Below, in pieces: positions 51,910-59,436 of a stretch of DNA of 64,000 bases. Under the pieces are notes generated by a model that did not search any database, was not told the origin of the DNA, and saw nothing but the letters and a program-made list of their open reading frames with translations. Source of the DNA: Flavobacteriales bacterium (GTDB lineage: Bacteria; Bacteroidota; Bacteroidia; Flavobacteriales_F; PHOS-HE28); NCBI GenBank assembly GCA_041745875.1, contig JBGTIB010000306.1, positions 298 through 64,297 on the forward strand. The letters are read 5' to 3'. Position numbers and translations under genes: made by a program. Every line of letters starts with the position of its first letter. The first letter of the stretch is position 1.

Positions 51910-54831
51910 ATGAAGCGCTTCCTTCTCCTTCCATTGTTGATGGTCCTTTCATTCGGGGGATACACCCAAGGAGTAGGGATCAACAACCCCACCCCGGATC
52001 CTTCCGCCTTGCTTGACGTGAACAGCACAACCAAGGGCGTGCTCCTTTCACGGATGACCTCTGTGCAACGCGTGGCCATTCCTGCACCTGCCACTGGACT
52101 ACTTGTGTTCGATAGCACACTGAACGAGTTCTGGTACTTCGACGGCACCGCATGGGTGCCTTTACTATCGGCCACGAAAGGATGGGCCTTGAACGGCAAT
52201 GCCGGAACGGTTGATGGCACGCACTTCCTGGGCACTACGGATAACATTCCCCTGAGCTTTCGGGTGAATGGGGTGCAAGCCGGTCGCATTGACCACTTGA
52301 TATCAAATAGCTACTACGGCTTTAATGCCGGAGCAGGAACTACGACAGGGTACGGCAATACCGCGAACGGGCAAGCCGCATTACAAAGCAACACGACCGG
52401 ATATCGGAACGTTGCCATCGGCAACTATGCGCTCAGTGCCAACACGACGGGTTTCTGGAACACTGCGACCGGAGTGAGTGCTTTGGCATCCAATACAACA
52501 GGTAGGGACAATGTAGCCTATGGTGGTGGTGGCCTCTTCAACAATACGAACGGCAACTTCAACACCGCCGTTGGAGGGGTGGCCCTTCGTCAAAACACGG
52601 AAGGTTCCAGCAACACGGCGATCGGCCTCAGCGCACTCTACAACAATGTCGCAGGGTCCAAGGCTACCGCCATTGGAGAATTCGCCATGTTCAATTCCAA
52701 CAATACGACCACCGCTTTCATCAATCAGAATGTGGCCATCGGAGCTTACGCATTATATGGGTCGACCACCATAGCTAATAATACCGGAAACAACAATACG
52801 GCCGTTGGGTATGAGACCCTTCGGAACAATTCCTCCGGCAGGGGAAATACGGCTATGGGTACCGTAGCATTACGTGCGAACACCATCGGCAATTGGAATA
52901 CCGCGGTGGGCGATAGCGCGTTGTTCGCCAACACTTCCGGGATCAACAACACTGCCAATGGGGCGTTCGCGCTCAGGACCAATTCAACAGGCGCCCAGAA
53001 CACAGCGGTCGGAAGGGATGCTTTGCTTGTCAATACGACTGGTTCTTTGAACGAAGCCTTTGGGTACCGTGCCCTCTACAGCAACACCACCGGCAATAGG
53101 AACGCGGCAATGGGAGACAGTGCCTTGTTCTACAATACGACCGGATCCGACAACGCGGCTTTCGGTTCCAAGACGTTGCTTTCCAACACCACAGGCCGGT
53201 TCAACACAGCCAGTGGTAGGGAAGCAATGAGGTCCAACACTACCGGCAGCTCCAATGCAGCTCTTGGCTACCGGGCCATGTACAGCAATACCAGCGGCTC
53301 AGATAACGTGGCCGTGGGAGATAGCGCCCTCCTCGCCAACACGATCGCAAGCTACAATACCGCCATTGGCAAACATGCATTGCGGTCGAACTCTGCAAAC
53401 TACAACACCGGGGTGGGCTACCAGGCTTTGTTCGCGAACACCTTCGGTTATATGAATAGTGCTTTCGGAGGCCAGGCGCTGCGGAACAACATTTCCGGGG
53501 TCTTCAATACGGCAGTGGGTTACAGCTCTCTGAACCAGAACACCCTGGGCGGTGATAACACGGCGATCGGATACTCCAGCATGGGTCAGAATACAACTGG
53601 AAACCGGAACGCCGCGACCGGTTATTGGGCTTTGACCAAGAACACCACCGGTGCATACAACACGGCCACTGGAGCGGAGGCCATGCGGGAAAATACTTCC
53701 GGAGAGGACAACGTCGCTCAGGGTTACCAGGCCTTATGGTCCAATAGCACGGGAAGCAATAACACCGCAGCCGGTAGACGCGCATTGGCAACTAATCGCA
53801 CCGGATCTTCGGCGACCGCTATAGGTTACGGTGCGATGGAGAACAGTAATTCCAGTACGACACCATTCACCAATTACAGCGTGGCTATTGGTTTCGAGGC
53901 CCTGAGGGGGTCGGCTTTAGCAGCCTCCAATACGGGCAACTATAATTCCGCTGTTGGCTATCAGGCCCTGTATTCCAATTCCATGGGCTACGACAACGTG
54001 GCCATGGGAGTGGAGGCCATGTATGCCAATACCACCGGAAATCGAAATAGTGCCATTGGCCGAAGTGCGCTGTACAGCAATACCACTGGCTACGGTAATA
54101 GCGCCATGGGATTTGCTGCACTCACTTTCAACACGACGGGATATGGGAATACCGCTTCAGGTCGCGGGGCATTGTACGCGAACACGACGGGCGTTTCCAA
54201 TACGGCCGTTGGGCTTACTGCACTCTACACCAACACCACGGGCAATTACAACACCGCGATCGGCAACGCGGTGGATGTGGACGCCACCAACCGGGAGAAT
54301 ACGGTGACCATTGGTGGCACCGGCAATCTGGCACTGGGCGGAAGCAACCGCGTGCGTATCGGCAACAATGCCATGACCTCCATCGGTGGCCAGGTAGGTT
54401 TCGCTGCGATCTCTGACGAACGCACCAAGACCAATGTGTTGGAGAATGTTCCGGGGCTTGCGTTCATTACACGCCTCAAGCCGGTCACATACAAATTCAG
54501 TATCGCACAAAGCAATGCGGTGCAGGGGAAAATGGATACGGTCAGTTGGGCGGGTAAGTATGACATCGAGCAGATCCGTTTCACCGGCTTCCTTGCGCAG
54601 CAGGTGGAGCAAGCTGCCATGGACTCAGGGTACGACTTCAGTGGTGTGGACAAACCAGAGGACGGGCAAGGGCTTTGGGGCTTACGCTACGGGGAGTTCA
54701 CAGTACCCCTGGTAAAAGCGGTACAGGAAATGAACGACACCGTGCAGACGCAACAGATCCTGATCGTGCAATTGCAGGAAGAGTTGAAGGCCCTGCGCCA
54801 AGAACTGCAACAACTCCAGAACGGCCGGTGA
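51910..54831 (+). CDS. tail-fibre-domain protein with long 17-residue repeat shaft and S74 C-terminal chaperone domain
   Basis: Signal peptide MKRFLLLPLLMVLSFGGYTQ; N-terminal module GINNPTPDPSALLDV..GVLLSRMTSVQRVAIPAPATGLLVFD...FWYFDGTAW; dozens of NTA.G..AL..NTTG.. units; SDERTKTNV...LKPVTYKFS...VPLVKAVQE. Confidence 0.85.
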   Translation: MKRFLLLPLLMVLSFGGYTQGVGINNPTPDPSALLDVNSTTKGVLLSRMTSVQRVAIPAPATGLLVFDSTLNEFWYFDGTAWVPLLSATKGWALNGNAGTVDGTHFLGTTDNIPLSFRVNGVQAGRIDHLISNSYYGFNAGAGTTTGYGNTANGQAALQSNTTGYRNVAIGNYALSANTTGFWNTATGVSALASNTTGRDNVAYGGGGLFNNTNGNFNTAVGGVALRQNTEGSSNTAIGLSALYNNVAGSKATAIGEFAMFNSNNTTTAFINQNVAIGAYALYGSTTIANNTGNNNTAVGYETLRNNSSGRGNTAMGTVALRANTIGNWNTAVGDSALFANTSGINNTANGAFALRTNSTGAQNTAVGRDALLVNTTGSLNEAFGYRALYSNTTGNRNAAMGDSALFYNTTGSDNAAFGSKTLLSNTTGRFNTASGREAMRSNTTGSSNAALGYRAMYSNTSGSDNVAVGDSALLANTIASYNTAIGKHALRSNSANYNTGVGYQALFANTFGYMNSAFGGQALRNNISGVFNTAVGYSSLNQNTLGGDNTAIGYSSMGQNTTGNRNAATGYWALTKNTTGAYNTATGAEAMRENTSGEDNVAQGYQALWSNSTGSNNTAAGRRALATNRTGSSATAIGYGAMENSNSSTTPFTNYSVAIGFEALRGSALAASNTGNYNSAVGYQALYSNSMGYDNVAMGVEAMYANTTGNRNSAIGRSALYSNTTGYGNSAMGFAALTFNTTGYGNTASGRGALYANTTGVSNTAVGLTALYTNTTGNYNTAIGNAVDVDATNRENTVTIGGTGNLALGGSNRVRIGNNAMTSIGGQVGFAAISDERTKTNVLENVPGLAFITRLKPVTYKFSIAQSNAVQGKMDTVSWAGKYDIEQIRFTGFLAQQVEQAAMDSGYDFSGVDKPEDGQGLWGLRYGEFTVPLVKAVQEMNDTVQTQQILIVQLQEELKALRQELQQLQNGR

Positions 54832-55031
54832 GGTGGTTCACCAGCATGGCCTTCGGTGTATACAGGCAATAGGTCGACGGTCGATCGTGAACCATATATT
54901 GCTGAATTGCCCCGATCTGGAAATGATCTTATTGCGTAGATCCGCCATCCATGGCCTACTTCCTACGTGGCATTTTGAGCCTCGCGGACCGACCCGATCT
55001 TCGCCATTTAGTGCGCAGCGTTGAATGACCA

Positions 55032-55076
55032 TGTCGGGTTTTTACTTGCGCCATGTTCTCGCATTTTCTTGGTTCG
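55032..55076 (+). promoter_or_regulatory. conserved bipartite motif copy 4
   Basis: tgtcgggtttttacttg-N20-ttggttcg, 43 nt upstream of the AraC ATG. Confidence 0.5.
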
Positions 55077-55119
55077 AAGATCTCTTCGACCTGCGCCTAA
55101 CCCGAACGTGGTATTTCAA

Positions 55120-56043
55120 ATGCCGCCGCACCTCCCAACCTTCGGTGTTCCGAACGGCAGCCCCAAGGATGCCCGTCCCGAAGCGATGTCCGAGACCGAT
55201 CACGAACTTCAAGCGCCCCCGATCTTCGCCGACTACGGTGAGTATATCCCCACTGCGAACGAGCCCTTGTTCGGCATCGTGCAGCGCATGGCACAAATGC
55301 ACTTCCTGGCGCCGCTGCCACCCGAGCAATTGGCACCGGACAGCTACATCAAGCTGGCATTGATCCCGGAAGGGGAGCCACACTACTTCGATGGCCAGGG
55401 CGAACCCATGGATTGGCACGATGGGGTCGCAGGCCATGTACCGCCACGCAAAGGCATTGTTGCTACGAGCAATGGACCAGTACGCTGCCTGATGGTCAAC
55501 TTCTATCCAAGCGCATTCCACCGGCTTTTCGGTGGTCCGGTGGATCGGTTCAATGGGAGGATGGTACCACCAGAACAGGTGCTGGGCACTGCTGCAGCCA
55601 CGCTCTATGAGAATGTTCGCGCGACGATCCATGCACAGTCGACGATCGATGTCGTTAAGAATTTCCTGATCGACCTGGTCGCCAGGAAGGCCCCCGCTCC
55701 ACCATCATCCATTGCGCGTCTGGAGCATTACATCCGCGAACGAAAGGGCAAGGTGCTGGTGAATGAGCTCTCTGAACTTGCCGGACTTTCCGAGCGCCAA
55801 CTCCAGCGGCGCTTCAAGGAGGAGATCGGCCTTTCGCCCAAAGCCTTCTGTTCGGTGGTGCGCTTCAACCACGTGTACAGCGAAATGAAACGCATTGGAA
55901 AATTGGACCTGGACGTGGCCATTTCCTGTGGCTATTTTGACGAGAGCCACATGATGAAGGATCTCTCCTACTTTCTGGGTAAGGCACCAAAACGTTTCGT
56001 ATCGCTGATCCGCCCCATGGTGGACCTGAACCTGGGGCATTGA
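55120..56043 (+). CDS. AraC/XylS family transcriptional regulator (copy B, close paralog of 50815)
   Basis: Collinear and highly similar to copy A from MPP(Q/H)(P/L)PTFGVPNGSP to the identical C-terminus FVSLIRPMVDLNLGH. Confidence 0.8.
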   Translation: MPPHLPTFGVPNGSPKDARPEAMSETDHELQAPPIFADYGEYIPTANEPLFGIVQRMAQMHFLAPLPPEQLAPDSYIKLALIPEGEPHYFDGQGEPMDWHDGVAGHVPPRKGIVATSNGPVRCLMVNFYPSAFHRLFGGPVDRFNGRMVPPEQVLGTAAATLYENVRATIHAQSTIDVVKNFLIDLVARKAPAPPSSIARLEHYIRERKGKVLVNELSELAGLSERQLQRRFKEEIGLSPKAFCSVVRFNHVYSEMKRIGKLDLDVAISCGYFDESHMMKDLSYFLGKAPKRFVSLIRPMVDLNLGH

Positions 56044-56064
56044 TAACAAATGCTTCACACGCCA

Positions 56065-56110
56065 TGTCGGGTTCTTACTTGGACCAACCGCGCCGTCATT
56101 GTTGCTTGCG
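56065..56110 (+). promoter_or_regulatory. conserved bipartite motif copy 5
   Basis: tgtcgggttcttacttg-N20-ttgcttgcg, begins 21 nt after the AraC stop and lies upstream of the FGE-like array. Confidence 0.5.
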
Positions 56111-56296
56111 CCAGCCAGGCACGTTACTACCAACGTGGTATTGTATCCGGCATCCTCGTGTAGTCCTTTTGAAAGGTGGTCCTTCAACACGGAGATGACC
56201 GTTCACCATTCAACGAATATCAACACCAGCAGCGGATCGCATCAATAACACGATGGCCCGGCGGGCGCGCGCATATGCTCCACCACACACTACACC

Positions 56297-57859
56297 ATGC
56301 AAATGGAGACCCACGCACTCACACTCCTGTTCGCAGGCACGCTGGCGACCGCCCTCCACGCCAACAACATCCAGGTCACCAACACCACCCTCGTTGACAA
56401 TACCGGCAGCACCGTGAAGGTGCAGTTCGATGTGACCTGGGAGAACAGCTGGCGGGGTGAGGGGGTGAACAACTGGGATGCAGCATGGGTGTTCGTGAAG
56501 TACAAGCTTTTTGGCGATGACGCTTGCGACCATGTGGACCTTCAGCACACCGGTCATGTGGCCCCGAGCGGTTGCTTGATCGACAATGGCCTGCTCGCAC
56601 CGGGCGCGGCGTATGATGCGGCAAGCAACCCAGTGGTGGGTGTGTTCATCCGCCGCGATGTGGAGGGCACCGGCACGTTCGTGGCCACTGGCGTGCAATT
56701 GCTCTGGGACTATTCCACCCTGGGCGTATTCTTTGGTGACATCAGCGAAGTGCGCGTGTATGCCATTGAGATGGTGTACATCAATGAAGGTGCGTTCCAC
56801 CTGGGCAGTGGCGGTACGGAAACGAGCGCCTTCAAGACGGGCAATACCACACAACCCTACCACATCACTTCGGAGGATCCCATTCAGGTCTCTTTGAACC
56901 AGCAAGCACTCTGGGCGACCGGGGACATCGTGACCGGACCCCTTGCCGCCAACTTCCCCAAGGGCTTTGCGGCCAGCTACATGATGAAGTACGAGATCAG
57001 CCAGCAGCAGTATGTGGACTTCTTGAACAGCCTGACGCGCCAACAGCAGGACACACGGACCGGAACGGACCTGTCCATGGGCATCTCGGCCGTCACAGAT
57101 ACCTACGTAATGAGCGCCACGTCCTCCATTATTGCGCGCAACGCCATTCGATGCGATTCCAACATCGATCCCAACGGGACGATCACATTCTATTGCGATG
57201 CCAATGGGAACGGTACAGGTGGCGAAGCGGATGACGGCCTCTGGGTGGCGTGCGGCTTCCTGCATGGTGGCGACATGGCGGCCTACCTGGATTGGAGCGG
57301 CCTAAGGCCCATGACCGAACTGGAATTCGAGAAGGCTTGCCGGGGCGCGCTTCCGCCCTTGGTGAACGAGTTCCCATGGCGCAGTGCGAGCATATGCCTT
57401 CAAGCCTATGCGCTCGCCAGCAGTGGTGCCGCCGATGAAGCCATCTCATCGAACTACAGTACAACGGTGGGCAATGCGAACTATTCAAGCACCGGCTTGC
57501 TTGCTCCGGCGCGTGTGGGCATCTACGCCGCGCATCCCTCCAATGCCGGTCGTACCACGGCGGGGGCTGGCTATTACGGAACCATGGAGCTCGCCGGGAA
57601 CCTGTGGGAGTTCGCCGTTTCTCTCGCCACTACAGCAGGGCAGGCCTTTCCCGGCACCCATGGCGACGGGCGCCTTTCTGTGACCGGGCAGGGGGATCAA
57701 GCAGCATGGCCGACCCAGGCGTCCGGCTACGGCACAAGAGGTGGCACCTTCTCGTCCAATTCGGAGAACCTGCGCGTCTCCGACCGCGAGTTCGCCGGAG
57801 CTATCGTCCCGGTAAGAGCGAATAACCTAGGCGGCCGTGGAGTCCGCACAGCACCGTGA
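56297..57859 (+). CDS. secreted FGE-sulfatase (SUMF1/EgtB/PvdO-like, C-type-lectin fold) domain protein, paralog 1
   Basis: Signal peptide ..ATALHA/NNIQV; YMMKYEISQQQYVDFLNSL; DWSGLRPMTELEFEKACRG; EFPW; YYGTMELAGNLWEF; RGGTF; terminal GGRGVRTAP. Confidence 0.75.
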   Translation: MQMETHALTLLFAGTLATALHANNIQVTNTTLVDNTGSTVKVQFDVTWENSWRGEGVNNWDAAWVFVKYKLFGDDACDHVDLQHTGHVAPSGCLIDNGLLAPGAAYDAASNPVVGVFIRRDVEGTGTFVATGVQLLWDYSTLGVFFGDISEVRVYAIEMVYINEGAFHLGSGGTETSAFKTGNTTQPYHITSEDPIQVSLNQQALWATGDIVTGPLAANFPKGFAASYMMKYEISQQQYVDFLNSLTRQQQDTRTGTDLSMGISAVTDTYVMSATSSIIARNAIRCDSNIDPNGTITFYCDANGNGTGGEADDGLWVACGFLHGGDMAAYLDWSGLRPMTELEFEKACRGALPPLVNEFPWRSASICLQAYALASSGAADEAISSNYSTTVGNANYSSTGLLAPARVGIYAAHPSNAGRTTAGAGYYGTMELAGNLWEFAVSLATTAGQAFPGTHGDGRLSVTGQGDQAAWPTQASGYGTRGGTFSSNSENLRVSDREFAGAIVPVRANNLGGRGVRTAP

Positions 57860-57901
57860 ACCATGCTGCTCCACCAGAACCACACGAACACTACTGTACC
57901 A

Positions 57902-59401
57902 ATGCGATCGATCACTTTCCTCCCCCTCCTTTTGCTGCTGGCAGGCACCACCCTCCACGCCAACAACATCCAGGTCACCAACACCACCTTGGTGGACAAC
58001 ACCGGAAGCACCGTAAAGGTGCAATTCGATATCAGTTGGGAGAACAGCTGGCGCGGCGGCGGTGTGGCCAACTGGGATGCCGCATGGGTCTTTGTGAAGT
58101 ACCAACTGAGCAATGGTGCCTGGGGACATGCGCGCTTGGGCAATACCGGGCACACTGTGCCAACGGGCAGTTTGATGGAGATGGGCCTGCTCACCCCGGG
58201 CAGCTCATATGACGCCACCACGAACCCGGTGATCGGCACCTTTCTGCGGCGCGATGCCGATGGCACCGGCACCTTCAGCGCTTCCGGCGTGCAACTGTTC
58301 TGGGACCATGCGGCGCAGGGGATCCTCGCCAGCAACGATCTCACAGCGGTCCAAGTTTTCGCGGTGGAGATGGTGTACGTGAACGAAGGGCCGTTCATGC
58401 TCGGTGGCCCAGGCCTTTTGGAGCACAACAAGTTCCAGACAGCTATGAGCCAAGCTCCTTTTCAAGTTACTTCTGAAGCACCATTGGTGATCTCCTCTAC
58501 CGGGTTTTGGGCAATGGGGCATATCGTTGCTGGCACGTTGGGCGCCGCATTCCCAAAAGGCTATGCGGCGAGCTATGTGATGAAGTATGAGATCAGCCAG
58601 AAACAACTTGTGGACTTCCTGAATACGCTCCTCCGTGTCCAGCAAGATCTCTGTGTCTTGAACATGGAAGCCGAATGGGTACTGAATGGACAGAACACGA
58701 ACGATCCCATCTACCGTCAGGGTGTGGGAGCAAGTGGAGCGAACAACATAGGAGCGCCAGTCCACTTCCACACCTATTTCCCATTTGTTGCCAGCAATTA
58801 TCTGGATCGATCCCTGCTATACCGATACTTGGACTGGTCAGGATTGCGGCCCATGAGTGAAATGGAGTACGAGAAGGCATGCCGTGGGCCATTACCACCC
58901 ACCGGCAACGAGTATGCATGGGGCACTGAAGTCCTGGCGATCACAGCGAATGCCTATACATTGACCGATCCCGGATATGCAGGGGAGTCCATACTCACTG
59001 GTTTTGATAACTCCGGGAACGCGAATTTCACCGCTGCAGGAGGTGATGCATTCATTGTTGGCCCTTTCCGTGTCGGCATATTCGCCGCCCATCCCAACAA
59101 TAATGGACGCGCGGGTTCGGGTGCGAGCTATTATGGCATAATGGAACTCACGGGTAACGTGGGGGAACAGGTGGTGGGTGTGTCAACACTGACAGGGCAG
59201 AGTTACACGGGTATCCATGGCAACGGCACGTTGGACACGTGGGGTCTTGCCGACGTGCCTGGCTGGCCGATCGACCTCATGGTCAGGGGCGGATCGTTCT
59301 TCAGTGGATCGTTCCAGGGCTATGTTTCCTATCGGCAAGCCAGCAGTACTTCTGGTGGAGGTCCACCAAACGGTGGCCGCGGGGTGCGCACCGCACCTTG
59401 A
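57902..59401 (+). CDS. secreted FGE-sulfatase-domain protein, paralog 2
   Basis: MRSITFLPLLLLLAGTTLHA/NNIQV; YVMKYEISQKQLVDFLNTL; DWSGLRPMSEMEYEKACRG; EYAWG; YYGIMELTGNVGEQ; RGGSF; GGRGVRTAP. Confidence 0.75.
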   Translation: MRSITFLPLLLLLAGTTLHANNIQVTNTTLVDNTGSTVKVQFDISWENSWRGGGVANWDAAWVFVKYQLSNGAWGHARLGNTGHTVPTGSLMEMGLLTPGSSYDATTNPVIGTFLRRDADGTGTFSASGVQLFWDHAAQGILASNDLTAVQVFAVEMVYVNEGPFMLGGPGLLEHNKFQTAMSQAPFQVTSEAPLVISSTGFWAMGHIVAGTLGAAFPKGYAASYVMKYEISQKQLVDFLNTLLRVQQDLCVLNMEAEWVLNGQNTNDPIYRQGVGASGANNIGAPVHFHTYFPFVASNYLDRSLLYRYLDWSGLRPMSEMEYEKACRGPLPPTGNEYAWGTEVLAITANAYTLTDPGYAGESILTGFDNSGNANFTAAGGDAFIVGPFRVGIFAAHPNNNGRAGSGASYYGIMELTGNVGEQVVGVSTLTGQSYTGIHGNGTLDTWGLADVPGWPIDLMVRGGSFFSGSFQGYVSYRQASSTSGGGPPNGGRGVRTAP

Positions 59402-59436
59402 TCACTTCCCTTAATACGATCTCAGACCCTACACCC

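Noticed and set aside
40578-54831. Prophage, tailocin or contractile-injection-system interpretation of the tail-fibre genes
   Set aside because: No capsid, portal, terminase, sheath, tube, baseplate, tape-measure, lysis, integrase or att-like features were seen in the 64 kb. The fibre proteins carry Sec signal peptides, which virion fibres normally lack. A phage origin of the domain remains likely, but not a resident prophage within this window.
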